Source: Camelus ferus (taxonomy: Eukaryota). From it: DNA of 64,000 bases. A program made the position numbers and the translations under genes. Every line of letters starts with the position of its first letter. Position 1 is the first letter of the stretch. This document shows, in pieces, positions 40,175-53,507 of the stretch. The DNA is taken from NCBI RefSeq assembly GCF_009834535.1, contig NC_045696.1, positions 8,434,001 to 8,498,000 of the forward strand, given 5' to 3'. Below the pieces are notes generated by a model, which worked only from the letters and a program-made list of their open reading frames with translations, was not told where the DNA came from and made no database searches.

Positions 40175-40580
40175 TTCATTTAACTTGATTTAATCCAGTA
40201 TCAGGAAGACTTGACGAAAGTACACTGTGTGCCAGGGAGTGAGATTATAAGGCAAACAAAGGAGACGGGTTTCCAGATTGTTTGTACGGAGTTGATGGTC
40301 CTATGAGGAAAACGACCACCAATCGTCATTACAAGCCTGAGGAGTGTCGCTAAGCTTCAAGTGCAGAGTGACATTGGACGGTAAATAGAGTCTGATCTGG
40401 AGGTTCATATATGACTTTGCTTAAATTGAGAGTAGGAATAAGTCAGATGGAAATTGGAGAAGATGGGTGCAGAGAGGATATTCTAGGCTGAGGAAACCAC
40501 TTGTGTGAAAGCCAAAATTTGAGGGGGCATGGTCTCTGTGAGGAACTGAGACCATCCCAGCATGGCTGCAGTGCAGAAAG
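40175..40580 (-). mobile_element. L2 fragment
   Basis: ACTGTGTGCCAGG...ATTCTAGGCTGAGGAAACCACTTGTGTGAAAGCC...GAGGAACTGA. Confidence 0.6.
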
Positions 40581-42954
40581 GACTGAGAGCTGGATCTTGT
40601 TTCCTAATGTCACCTGGGTGTTCGAGTGGTCCCTGAATTTAAAGGTCCTTGCACTTGGAGATCTTGCTGATTCTAAGGCACACACTGGGCTTTGGCTGCC
40701 AAATGAGCCGTGTGTGTGGTGTTGCCTTTGTCTAGATTATTCAACTTTGGCCACTTTGCTATTTTTGACCAAAATGCAGTGTTTATATAATCGTTTGACT
40801 CTTTCTAGAATTTTGGCCTTAATTTAGAAAAATCAGTAGAAAATATTAGAACCCAAATGCCTGCGATAAGAAGTATAGGTTTTTCAAAAAAATTCATAAA
40901 ATTGGTGGAGGAATGGAAAAATTTGTGGTGAACTAGCTTTAGGCATGCATTACTTTTAAGCTTGTGAATTGTGTATTCATGTGTGAAAAGCAAATAAAAA
41001 TATTAAGGGGCATGCATGAAATACTAGAAATAAATCTTGAAGGGTATAAACATGTCTGAAGGTGAAAAATTAAGGATTTTTTTAATTTCTCTCTCTTCTT
41101 TGGGAGTCCTCTCATCACAAGGAATGTATTATTTAAATTGTACTCAACTTTATTTGCTTTCCACAATCCCTGTATATACATATCCATATCTGTATGGATT
41201 TTTATTTTGTATGAAAGTAGAGGACTATCTTTTTTTTTTTCTCTTGGCGAGCTTGTTAAAGATAGTTAGAAATCACAGATTCAAAATTTAGCTGCTTATA
41301 TGATATCAGTTCTTAGTTCTGTGCACTAGATAAAAAATTAGAACAATGTGAAATTAAAAGCAACCTTAAACATCTGTTTGAACCCACTTTGTTGAGCACT
41401 TCTACAGGTACCGTTAACTTTTCAGATTTCTGAAATCTAGATCTTGTTATTAAGAAGTGGCAACAGCTCTTAGAAATAGTAAACATTTCAGAATTTGACA
41501 ACAATCTGGAGAAATGGAAATGGATTGATAGCAAAATATTATTATAGAAGCAAAAAGTAAAGAGAAAAAATAATAGAATCTTTAAGTCTACTGAATTCAG
41601 AATTCTGAAGATTTATTGAGGTGGCTTCTATAAGCAAATTTTGTCATATAATTACTCAAAGAATACTAGAGGAATATTGGGTTTGGGTTGCATGCTCAAA
41701 TGATGGTGAAAGGTTTAAATACCTCCAAATACAAAAGTGCCCACTGACATCAAGAGCTTTCAGCAACTGACTGTTCCACAGGCACACCTTACATGATAGC
41801 TTCTTGAGGTTTCTGTTCAAGCCGATCTGTGACTTGATCCTCTATAGGCTGTGTGGTTGCATTAAGAAGCTTCCAGAATCTTGGATAATTTAAAAGTCTT
41901 TTTGTAGGCAGAAGAGCCAGCAGGTAGAATATGGACTCTTGGTTGTCAAGCTTTTAGGTTTGTAATTAACAAACTAAAATATGCAAAAGGCAAAGTATCA
42001 TGTCTCTCTCCATTGGATATTCATTAGAGAATTTTCCAACTCCACCCCCTAGTGCTGGTAATTTATTTCCAGTGTGGCCCTCCCTTCTCTTTATCTCTTG
42101 AAAACATTGAGGCTTCTGTTGTCATTTTGGTTGCAATTCCATCGATACCCAATGTAGCGTAAAATGACCTTTAATTTTCCATGACTCAAGCCTGCAGAAA
42201 AACGTTATGGGCCATTTTCCTTGGCCAGTTTTACCCATCACCTCTGACTTTCTACTCTGCCTTGCAACCACCTGTCAGTCTTTTGACATCTCAAGGTTTT
42301 CTGCTTTCCCTGAGGATGGTAGAGGTGAAGATATCAATCATAGTCCTGTAGGTGTTCAAGCACTATCTCAGGGAGACTCTGAAAGCCAGTGTGTGCTCAG
42401 CCATTCACCCAGACAGTTCTCTGAAGTCTGCAGGGGAAAGATTCCTACTAGTGCAATATGTGATGTGGGCATTTCATGGCCTGCTTGTGAGGCTGTGTTG
42501 GCCCTTGACTATGTACTCTTCTTTGCATTTCTCTAGTATTTGCTGCATGAATGTTGCACATACCTTCACTTGGTAACTTTGTTCTCTTCTTCAGATTCAG
42601 AGCTGTTCCTGCTCTGTAAACTACATAATCCCTCTGGTAATACTTGGTAGTCCACTCAGGATAGCAGTTTAAGGAGTCTACTAATTAAGATATTGTTAAT
42701 TATCTTCAGCCCATTGCTGATCACTCTGTTGTGAGTGGATGGGCACTCAGGTTCTAAGAAGTCTGTTGATCCTAATTTCTGAAATCAGAGACCCCAGGGT
42801 TTCTTTAGAGCAACCAAACTAAGATTACTCTATGTGTTGATAACAGGAGGTACAAGGGACCTGATAACTGAAAGTATTTCTGAATCACAGGGGTCAAGCT
42901 AGGCAGTATTTGTGTTAGGTTTTTAAAAATTTAAAATACCCTTTTAAATTCGTT

Positions 42955-43300
42955 AATTCTTTCGTTTGTTTGCACATTCATTTCAAAATGCTTACTTAGC
43001 ACTAAGGATGTTCTGAGGTAGACACTGGACCCCCAAAGGTGCATTAAGTGTCCCCTCCCCAGGGAGCGCAGGGTTCAATGGAGGATCTAGGTTCTCAAGA
43101 GTGATGACAGTTGGTCTCCAAGGCTACGAAGGAGGGCTGCTTTGGTGCTAGGAGTGGAAGGAGGTTCCCTGATTCTGCCTCAGGGCTCATGGAACTGCGT
43201 GGGTATTTTTTTTCCTCAGGGGTTACAGAGCAGGGAAGGCTGGTTATGTAGAGGTTGTGATTTTAGGGTTGGACCTTGAGAACTGAGTAGTTTTCCAGAT
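42955..43300 (-). mobile_element. L2 3' fragment
   Basis: TTCGTTTGTTTGCACATTCATTTCAAAATGCTTACTTAGCAC...GTCCCCTCCCCAGGGAGCGCA. Confidence 0.55.
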
Positions 43301-43663
43301 GAGCATGGTTCTTTGCAGATTAAAGAATGTTTTTGAAGGTTCAGAGAATGGTGGAGATTTGAAGGTCTGCCCAAAACAGTATATTTTCATATGTGTTATT
43401 TATAGGAAGAGAGAACACTTTTTCCCCTTAAAGATCTATGGTTGTTCAATATTTGCGATTTGTATTATCGCTTGGTTTCCACATTTCAAAGTTCTGAGCC
43501 ATATTTTGTATGTTTTAAAATGCAAGTCAGTGGGAAAGTAAGATTCAGTGACGTTTTCATTTGACACAAGTTTTCAGGAATCCATTTAATTTGTAAGTTG
43601 AGATTGGTTTCTGTTACATCTTAAGCATAAAAAATAACATTCTCTGTAGTTCATTCTGTTATC

Positions 43664-44362
43664 TTTTTTAATTGAAGTATGATAATTATAATGTGTCAAT
43701 TTCTGGTGTACAGCACAATGTCCCAGTCGTGTATACATGTACATATATTCATTTTCATATTCTTTTTCATTAAAGGTTATTACAGGATATTGAATATAGT
43801 TCCCTGTGCTATTTGGAATAAAAATTTTTTAAATCTATTTTTATATATATAGGGGTTAACATTCACAAATCTCAAATTCCCAAATTTATCCCTTCTCAGT
43901 CCTTTTCCCTGGGTAACCATAAGATTGTTTACTATGTTTGCTAGTCTGTTTCTGTTTTGTAAATGAGTTCATTAGTGTCCTCTTTTTTTATTTTTTCAGA
44001 TTCCACATGTGAGTGGTATCATATGGTATTTTTCTTTCTCTTTCTGGCTTACTTCACTTAGAATGATGGTCTCCAGGTCCATCCATGTTGCTGCAAATAG
44101 CATTATTTTATTCTTTTTTAAGGCTGAGTTGTATTCCATTGTAATCCAGTCATCTGTCGATGGACATTTAGGTTGTTTCCATGTCTTGGCTATTGTATAT
44201 AGTGCTGCTGTGAACATTGGGGTGCATGTATCTTTTTGAATTACAGTTCCCTCTAGATACAGGCCCAGGAGTGGGATTGCTGGATCATATGGTAAGTCTA
44301 TTTTTATTTTTCGTGAGGACTCTCCATACTGTTTTACATAATGGCTGCACCAAACTACATTC
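43664..44362 (-). mobile_element. Young L1 3' end, ~700 bp
   Basis: ORF 43996-44217 gives MFTAALYTIAKTWKQPKCPSTDDWI...FAATWMDLETIILSEVSQKEKEKYHM (ORF2p end). TSD CTCTGT(A/G)GTTCATTCTG at 43642-43658 and 44363-44379. Confidence 0.95.
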
Positions 44363-47300
44363 CTCTGTGGTTCATTCTGGATATTCTTAATATGAAATTT
44401 ATTTGAAGTTGATATACCTTTTCTACCTTGATGGCAGTTGATGGCCTATAAATGTTGGGACTTGATATGCTTGGGCATGGATGTGCTAAGGAGTTACCAC
44501 TGCTCTCATTCCTGAATCCAGGGTAATAGGCAGAATTTTGAAAGTGCAAATTAAATACTTGACAGCTGGCAAGAGATGAGCGAAGAGAAATTTGTTTCCC
44601 TTTGGGAATTGGTAACTGTTAATTCTTCATGAACTTAGCTTCTGCCAAACATATATTGTACTTTCCTCTGATAGGAAATTCATATTGTTAAACTCTATGT
44701 GAACTCAAGGTATTAATGTAGAGTGCTTACTAGCAAAAATGACTTGCAAATGTCAGATAAAATTAAATAACATGGCTTAATAAAATAAGCTTGTTTCTGA
44801 AAATCTGTTTTTCATATTTGTGAAAGAATTATCTGTCCTGTTATTTAAACCAAGATATTGCCAGGACAGGGAAAAGAGACACTCTTTTATCAATTATCAA
44901 GGGAACCATTGATTTCACAAAGCCAATTAAAGTGTTTCTGGGAGAACAAGTAAATATTAGTTTTAGAAGCATTTCTTTTTAAAAGAGACTGGTGGCCAGG
45001 ATAAGAGTACTGAATAAAAACAAGACATCCTATTCATTACCCAAGGCACAGTGAGCAGCTGGGCGTACTTGGCGATTGCTGCTTCTCAGGTTTGTTCATT
45101 TAACTGACTTGAACAATGGGGCAGTGAGCTTTTACTAAGACACTGACACCAAGTAAGATGGACTTCATGGCGATTCAAATAGAATGTTGACCAGAGCAAG
45201 TGTCTCGTGGTTTGACTACATATTTTGTGAGCAATTAAGAGTTACCATCAAAAAAGCAGGTTTGAATACGAGGTGCTCTCTAGGGATGCCATCAGGGGCC
45301 CTCTTTGTTCCTTGTGGTCCTTGCTGGAATTCGGCATGAATAAACATTTATCCAGTGCAGTGATCTGAAACAGAGCAGAAACGGCGCTGGGGGAACCCAG
45401 GCAGACAGGATGGGCTGCTTCTGGAGCATGGTGACTCCTGGTTGGAAGACTCTTTAGGGAAAGCATGTTTAGATTACTCTATGGTGGGAGAGAGTGGGGG
45501 GAGTTTATTGGAATCATATTCTTAGGTGATGCTGACTTGATCTGTTACACTCGGGAAATATTTCTCCTAGTAGGATTGACCTCAGGTGATTCATTAACTA
45601 TGATGGATTGACCTATGGTGAGAAGCCCGTCCAGAATCTACTGGATCTCTGTTTAGAACCAATTCCTTCAGAATAAAACATAATTAGAATTACTGCTGTG
45701 GGTGAAGGTCAAAGTCTATCTTCTTGGAGGACATCAGGACAAAGACTGTCCTAACAAAAACTTTTTGATCATCGTTTATGATTCTGTCAGCTGTACATGA
45801 CCTTCCAGCCCTCCCCCATCCTGGGAGTAATGAAGTCCAGAAATCTACTCACCAAATGCACAAAGTCATCCCTGATTTTAATTTTCAAACAGTCTATTTT
45901 AAATTTCTTTTCTCCATTGTAAGGAGTGAACTGGAATTTGGTAAAAAGCCAAGTAGTTGGGGGTTGAAGAGCAAACATGGATATAATCCAAGAAGTTTCT
46001 AACTATTTTTCCTCTCTGTAGGCATCTTTTGGTAGATGGATGGTAAAAACTAAATTTCTGTTAATTCAGAGTCTTTCCCTCTTTTCCTGAGGTTTCATCC
46101 TCATCCCGGGGTCTTAGGAAGAGTCAAGATACCATGGGCACAAGGTCACTGGCAAGCATCATGGTCAGGAGTTTGATGCCACATCAGCCCATCTGGCCCA
46201 CATGGTGCCGGGGCACTGGGGCTCAGGGGCTCTATTAGCAGACCATGCAGACATTTCTCTGATTGCTGTCCCGAGTTGAGCATGAGAAAACTTTGGAGTC
46301 TTGCTTCTTTTCCATAAACTCTACTCAGAAAAGGGCCTCTTGGATTCCCTGGGGCTACCCGCTAGGGTCCTTGTGAACCCCCAGGTCTTGGTCTGGGAGT
46401 CAGGGCAAGGAGCTTCTCTTTCAGGACCCCCCGTGATGTCTCAACTTTTTTTTTTTCATCTTTGAGTCCATCTTCCCTCTTCCCAATCCAGAGATGCTTT
46501 CTCTTGTCTGGGGCAGGACAATCTAGCTCATCATTTTTTCTTATCTCTTGTTTACTGCATAAATTTTAGGTCTTGATCTGTTTATATGCGTGTGTGGTAG
46601 CAGAGAGAAACTGAGAAGCCAAAAAAGAGATGTACATGTGACAATGTGGGTAGATAATTCATTATGATTAATAATAACCTAATAGTGAATTTATTATTAA
46701 TTAATGAAAAATGCACACAAATGACTCTGCATATTTTAAAAAGGCTAGGTGAGCATTTCACAGTGTTACCTACAGGGAGCTAGGGAAGAGAGTGGGGCTG
46801 ACAGATCAAAGGGAAGAGAGGGGCTTTGCATACACTGATGCTGGTAATAAAATGCTCCCAGCAGAGGAGGATCGAGATTAACTCAATTTCTGTGCCTGGG
46901 ACCCATAACAGCAAACCAACTAGCCTTTATTTCCTGAAGCATTTGGGACATGGGCGACGCAAGCTCAAAAGTGCGGCCTCTGGAAAGCAATGATTCTGAA
47001 TAAGGAAAGTCATGTTCAAAGTCATATTCAAAAAAGCCTCTTTTGCACGCTCCTTATTCTGCTGTAAGTTCTCTTCCCTGACTCAGTGGCTGCTTCTTAC
47101 TGACTCTGAGTTGGGAAAGGCCAGGGAGCGTTGCCGCGGGAACAAGGGGACATGGGAGAAACCCTCAGTTAATACTGCAGGCTTTACTCCACTGTATTCC
47201 TCTCCTGAGTGCAAACAAGATTTACTTGTCATCCCGATGTCCTTGCCTTTCCTCTGAGACCAAGCCATTGCTGTCACGGTATGGGCGATTGGAGTTCTCG

Positions 47301-47487
47301 GTCTCCCTCAGTCTAAGTACTGTGACCTCCTGCAGCAGGATGGGTAACCCGAGTGTCCCTTTTTTTCCCCTCCCCTGGGAGGCTCTGAGCAGTGGGGAAA
47401 CATATTTACAGAGCAAAGAGGTTCATTCTATGTGTGACACATCAACATTTTCCCTGAATTCCTCTGATAGATCCATGGAATCTGATG

Positions 47488-47631
47488 GCGTTCTTTTGTT
47501 GTTGTTGTTGGTGGTGAGGAGGTTTAGGTTCATTTATTTATTATTTTTGTTCAATGGAGGTACTGGGGATGGAACCCAGGACCTCGTGGATACTAAGCAC
47601 ATGCTCTACCACTGAGCTATACCCTCCCCTC
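47488..47631 (-). mobile_element. tRNA-Ala-derived camelid SINE, long form
   Basis: GGAGGTACTGGGGATGGAACCCAGGACCTCG...CTCTACCACTGAGCTATACCC. TSD CCATGGAATCTGATG (47473-47487) / CCGTGGAATCTTATG (47632-47646). Confidence 0.9.
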
Positions 47632-48334
47632 CCGTGGAATCTTATGAATGACAGATTTCAAACCTTTTGCCAGCACCCCTGAGCCCATCTGTGATCCTGG
47701 AATAACTCTCTCCTCACAGAGTGAGGAGGAGGTTTAGTGAGCAGAAAATATCACATATCGTGCATGTCGGTGTGTGCTCTCCTTTTTGCAAAACCTCTCA
47801 CTTCAGGACCAATCACTGGTGTTCTGCTGTTCCTTTCTGCCTTACAGTGTTCTGGCTTCTGTGTTCAGTCTCCTCATATGCGGTCCAAGCCTCTGCTAAA
47901 AGGAAGAGAAGCCCCTTTCAGCTCCACACAGCTGACGCCTTTACTCTGTGCTGGCATCTGTCCTACATATGGGGGGACCTCGACCAGAACGATGCCTTCA
48001 CGTCTAGCCACGCTGAAAACCACAGGGCGGCGGCAGTTGCTCCATCTTGCTTCTCTAATCCCAACCAGCCCCACGTTTTGTGACTTCCTGCTCATCTTAT
48101 CAGAGGGAAGGAGGGCTTAATTATATTTATCGATGGTTACCAGGTTTTTCCTTCTCTCTGGCTTTCCGTGTCTATCAGGCTCTCAGATGGTCTCTCTGTC
48201 CCTTTGATTGCTTTGATGTTCATCTAGACTTCCTTCTAGGAGGCGTGCCTCTTACCTAGCGTGGGCGCTGGAAGTGAGTAGAGAGACTCATGCAAACTTC
48301 TGGAGTTCTCTATGTCGGCAGAATGCTCAGACCG

Positions 48335-49092
48335 GAAATCCAGGAATCCTGATTGACCTCAGCATCTCCTTGCCCTCCACACCTGCCTCCTGCCCCACCC
48401 TGCCTGTGGTCACCCATCCGTCCATTACCTGGTCCTGCTGACCCTGCTTCCTGATAGCGCTCCAGCTCCCATTCCCCGTCCTGACTCATCAAACCTCCTC
48501 CATCTCTAGCCACAAGCACTCTTGTCCCATCATCTCTTCCCATCCTGCTGCCAGAATGGTCTTTACAAACCCAACCCTTGATTCTTCTACTTACAACCAC
48601 TTAGTGGCTTCCTATTGCCTTTAGAATAAACAACACACACAGCTTGTAAGATCCTAACTGCCTGATCTGACCCTTGCTGACCCCACCCCTTCTTCCATCC
48701 CTCTGTCCCAAGTGCTTTCCTCTTCATTCCTCAGAGTTCCTTGACCTCTTCATTCCTTGAAAATGCCACACCATACCCTCTTGGCCCTGGTTGGTGTTGT
48801 TTGCTCTGAATACAGTGATTCTTTTCTCTTTGTCTCGTTGACACCCACTCATCTTTCCTGTCTCAGTATAACTCCCTGGACTAGGTTGGTTCTCCCCTAA
48901 ATGCATTCCCACAGCCTCATACTTCTCATTTGCAAGTATTTCATAATTTATAACCACTTTGCCTATTCCCCCTTTCCTTTAGACCATCAGTTCCACAGGG
49001 GAAGTGAGCAGGTTTATTTTGCTTCCCACCGTCCCCTCCATGCTACTTGGAAGATAGAAGTGCCTCCGTAAATATTTGTTGACTGGCTGATT
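48335..49092 (+). mobile_element. L2 3' portion
   Basis: CTGCTGCCAGAATGGTCTTT...AGTGGCTTCCTATTGCCTTTAGAATAAA...TAAATATTTGTTGACTG. Confidence 0.75.
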
Positions 49093-49659
49093 TTCCCAGG
49101 TTGGTTAATCGCTAGTCCAAAGTTCAATGCTCTCAAACAGTGCTAAGAAAATCCACCTTTGAAACACAACTACAGTGCACTCAAGTTAATTCCTTACTCT
49201 TTGCCCATGCCTATAAATACTACATTTTGGGGTGAACTAAGGCTTTTTCTAGCTCAGCCCAAGACTGTCTAATGTTTGTGTTCCAATGATTTCCTTATGT
49301 CTCAGAAGTTTCCTTTGAGCCACGTCTGAGCTTCAGTCCTGCAGGAATGATTTCTCATCTGTTTCTTGTACTAGATAACACCATATTAGTCTTGAATAAA
49401 TGTGACAACATTCTAGCCAAATTCATCATCCTAGGAGAAACCAATGCCCAGGATTTCAATCAAATGGAAAAAAGACAAGATAAATAAGCTACTCTGAATT
49501 TATTTATGAATTGTGTGCTCCCAAAGTTACAGCCTCTAAGGGCAGAAATAAAATAATGAGACTACCATTTTTCTGTATGTAGGAATATGTCCAAGCCCAT
49601 TCTGGCTTCTCTAGACGGTGGAGATGAAGGGCGGAATCCCATAGGCAAAAGGATCTTTT

Positions 49660-50507
49660 TCTCATGTGGATCAGAAGGCAGAAATGTCGCAGTAAATGGC
49701 ACCACCATTCACTTTGGCTCAAGCCAAAAAGTAGGCGTCATCCTTCATTCCTTCCTCTCAAAACCTACAATCGAACCATTCATGAGACGAGGAGGTCTCA
49801 ACCTCCCAAACACTGAGGATCTGTGCATACTCTCCTGTATCTCTACGTCTCCACCACCATCTCTGCGCTTTCCCCGAAGATCTCGACTTCCACTCTTTTT
49901 TTAAATGAAATTAATTAAAAATTTTTTATTTTATTTTTTTGGAGGGAGTAATTAGGTTTACTTATTTATTTGTTTTTAGAGGAGGTACTGGGGATTGAAC
50001 CCAGGACCTCATACATGCTACGCATGCGCTCTACCACTTGAGCTACACCCTCCCCCTTCAGCTACTACTCTTGCCCCCCTAAAATCCATTCTCTACACAG
50101 CAGCTAAAGTCATCCTTCAAATCTACAATCAGGTTCTATGGTTTCATTGCATAAAAACTTCCAACAGTTTCCAACAATTTAAGAAAAAAAAAATCTGCAT
50201 TTCTTACCCCGGCTTACAAGACCCCCTCTTGGGGAGAAATTAATGAGATGCCCTTTTCTGAAGCGGAAGCTCCCACCAGGATCTAGCTCCTCATCCAGCT
50301 TGGGTTTTCCTCAGAGCCGCAATTGCTACCTAAACCTTATTCCGGGTAGCAACATGATTGTTTGTTTTTCTGTCTTGTCCACCAGAATATCATCTCCTAG
50401 TGGGCAGGGACTTTGAAGACCTTGTTTAGTGTTGCCTCTGCAGCGTCTGTAAGGGTGTCTGGTGCAAAGCCGGCACTTCGTGAATGTTCGCTAAATGAAT
50501 GAATGAA
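49660..50507 (+). mobile_element. L2 3' portion, interrupted by a SINE
   Basis: CAGTAAATGGCACCACCATTCAC...TCAAGCCAAAA...ATCCATTCTCTACACAGCAGC, ending AATGAATGAATGA. Confidence 0.8.
49897..50056 (-). mobile_element. tRNA-Ala-derived camelid SINE, long form, nested in L2
   Basis: GTAATTAGGTTT...GGAGGTACTGGGGATTGAACCCAGGACCTC...GCGCTCTACCACTTGAGCTACACCC. Confidence 0.9.
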
Positions 50508-51214
50508 ATCTCCCTTCCAGAGGAAAATGCCCCTTAAATCAAAAGGAGAAGTGGCTTAGGGCAGTCACAATCTAGCTGTCACTGTTGTGAGTATGTTGCT
50601 TTCTGGTTATCTGTCTGGAAGTTTGGAGAACTCAGAGATGTGAGGCTTAGCAGGTTTGCCACTGAGTCTGTGGAATGATAATTAACCCAGACCTCTTTTT
50701 TGGCCACATTACCTAGCGATCAATGCAGGACTGTGCCTCCTGGCTGGTGCCTGCTGGGCCCGGGGGCTCATTTCCCTCTGCGGAGCTGCTGACTGGAGCT
50801 GTTTGTCCCTCAAAGGGTGCTAAACCCTCATTAGCAGCTTATAAACTTTTTCCTGCTCTTCAAGACCAGCTCTTTAGTAAACAGTGGGGCCATTTACTAA
50901 GTCTTTTGGAGAAGTGAACCAAATTTTTGGCAATGTGCATGTAGAAAGGGTCTGGAATGAAAGGTGACTTATCATAATGCCATGGTGTATTTCTTTGTAG
51001 ACAGAATCACTGGGTTTCAATTAGGTGGTTTGGAAACATTTTTCTTTCTTTTCTTTTTTCCCCATGAATTATCTTGGTGGTCCAATTTCAGAATTGATTT
51101 CCTCAAGCCTCTGCTTTTATTTGCCCCTCCTGGGCACACGGAGCCAGTGAGGGTGCTTCCTTTCAGGACTGGGGTCAGAGGATACCTGGTCAAGGGGCAG
51201 AACCATTGTACTTA

Positions 51215-51330
51215 AGTTTTAAAACTTTGAATTGGAAGGTAACAGACATGCACCTAAGGGTACAGCTTTCACATTCAGTTGTTGATGGACATTTGGATAG
51301 TTTCTAGTCCGGCTGTTATGAACAGAATGT
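51215..51330 (-). mobile_element. Small old L1 3' fragment
   Basis: GTTGATGGACATTTGGATAGTTTCTAG...GCTGTTATGAACA. Confidence 0.55.
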
Positions 51331-51336
51331 CTGCTG

Positions 51337-51520
51337 CTTCCTTCCTTCCCTCCCTCCCTCTTTCTTCCTTCTGTCCTTCCTCTCTCTTTTTCTCTTTCTC
51401 TATCTTTTTCTCTTCCTTTCTTCCTTCCTTCCTTCCTTCCTTCCTTCTTTCTTTATATTTCTCTGTTTTTCTTTTCTTTTCTTTTCTTTTCTTTTCTTTT
51501 CTTTTCTTTTCTTTTCTTTC

Positions 51521-51566
<46 letters not shown>

Positions 51567-51738
51567 CTTCTCTTCTTCTCTTCTCTTCTCTTCTCTTCTC
51601 TTCTCTTCTCTTCTCTTCTCTTCTCTTCTCTTTCTTTCCCCCCTCCCTCCTCTTTTCCTTCCTTCTCCCTCTCCCTTCTCCTCTACCCCTTCCATCCTTC
51701 TTCCTCTTCCTCCTTTTCTTCTCCTTCTCTTTCTCCTC
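51337..51738 (+). repeat. Compound polypyrimidine microsatellite (CCTT)n-(CTTTT)n-(CTTT)n-(CTTCT)n
   Basis: Directly visible. 51466-51684 contains no purine on the plus strand. Confidence 0.97.
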
Positions 51739-51919
51739 ATACAGACGGAGACTAACTGCTATAGAGCAGGCTCCGCAGAGACAGGCATTAGTGTGGGGAT
51801 CCCACTCTGAGGATAAACCTGGATCATGTGGTCCGAGTGTCTTCACTTCAGCATCCACCTAAACTGCTGATTCTCCTCTGAAACAACATGGTGCTCTCCT
51901 GGGGCTGGACCCAAGAATC

Positions 51920-52149
51920 TTTTTTTTTTTTTTTTAAATTGAAATTAGTCAATTTACAGTGTTGTGTCAATTTCTGGTGTACAGCACAATGTTTCAGTCA
52001 TTCATACACATACATACATTCGTTTTCATATTCTTTTTCATTACAGGTTACAACAGGATATCGATAGAGTCCCCTGTGCTGTAGAGAAGAAACGTGTTAT
52101 GTATCTATTTTATACATAGTGAGCATCTGCAAATCTCGAACTGCCAGTT
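51920..52149 (-). mobile_element. Young L1 3' end, ~230 bp
   Basis: Poly-T, then AATTGAAATTAGTCAATTTACAGTGTTGTGTCAATTTCTGGTGTACAGC. Candidate TSD CAAGAATCTTTT / CAAGCATCCTTT. Confidence 0.88.
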
Positions 52150-53507
52150 CAAGCATCCTTTTGATATTCCCTTTCCCATCCACCAAGAGGTGAAGAGGTG
52201 CCTGCAGTCAGAACTGGAGTAAGGGCTGGGCCAGCTGGGCAGCTGCCCGAGGCCCTGAGCTGTAGCAGTGAATTTAAACATCTCTGTAAATGTTACACCA
52301 GTTAACTTAGGGTTCCTTACACCACAACTAACACGACCAAGGAAGTCTGACTTGGGCCACCGAAGATAGTACAGTGGAAATAACAAAAAAACCCCAAACC
52401 ACTCCCCACTTGCCCAGACCTCTGTCTGTGGAGTATTATTGCCCTGGAAACATAAAGTCATAGACACTGAAATTCTGAACCCGAACAATGCATTCTGCCG
52501 TGCCAGTTCCTGGGAACAATCAGTTTAATTTGTTTTACACATTTTAAACCCTTTACATGCCTCCCAAAGCTCTGTCTGGTTAGTGAGGTAGAATATTAAG
52601 AGCTGTTCTCCCATCATTTCTTTTAGAATATGGATGCTGCTTTGGACTGGGAAAGTGAATTAGGAGGTGAATTGGTTTCTGTGTATAATTTTTTATTAAT
52701 AGAAATAAATGTTGTCCCCCCAAAAATGTAGCACAGATACTTAAACAGTACTGTTGAAAAGGGTGAGATTACTGGCTGGCCGGACGCTCATGTGCTTGGT
52801 GGCGCTGGCTGTGATCTGGCCCCTCTGCTCTAGGATCCCAGGTGGCCTCAGCCAGGTTGGAAGGAGAGAGCCCTAGCCCAGCGGTCAAGGGCTGGAGCTG
52901 AGTCCTGGGGCCCACGGGAACTGGGTGGGTGGCCTTTGGTGACTAACGTGACTGTTTGGGTCCTTAATTTCCTCACCCAGAAAAGGACAGGATTAGATAG
53001 ATGACACCGAGTTTCCTTCCAGCTTTGACAACCTGTGTAATGGTGTGAACTGTGCTGTGCAAGCAAGTGTGTCTTGCTCCGAATGAATAAGGGACTTCAT
53101 GAAGCTCTGTGAATGCCCAGTGACTGAGCCCGAACGAATGGACTATTGTAACTGGATTGTTCGTCACCATTTTTTCCCCTGAGCTATCAAAATGCCCCAC
53201 TGTGCTAAACAAGGAGGTTGGTGTCAACTACAGAAGTTTGATGCATAATTCTTCATGAAATATGTGATGATCAAAGTCCTCATTGTTAACCAGCCACTCC
53301 CCTCCACTGCAAGGGGGAGAATCACTGATTGTCACAAAATCAGAAAATCCCGTGCCCCTCCCCTCGGAGTCTGTGGAGTTGCCCAGGGCAGAAGCAACTC
53401 CATCACAGGTGTACATCTGTCCTCTGACTTTTGGTTTTGAGTCCATATTTGACTCCCCCCTTTTTTTTTTTCTATTTGTGAAATCTTAATACTGGCTCAT
53501 CTTTCTT

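Noticed and set aside
51279..51858. Lys/Arg/Glu-rich and Phe/Ser/Leu-rich ORFs
   Set aside because: Translations of the polypyrimidine microsatellite
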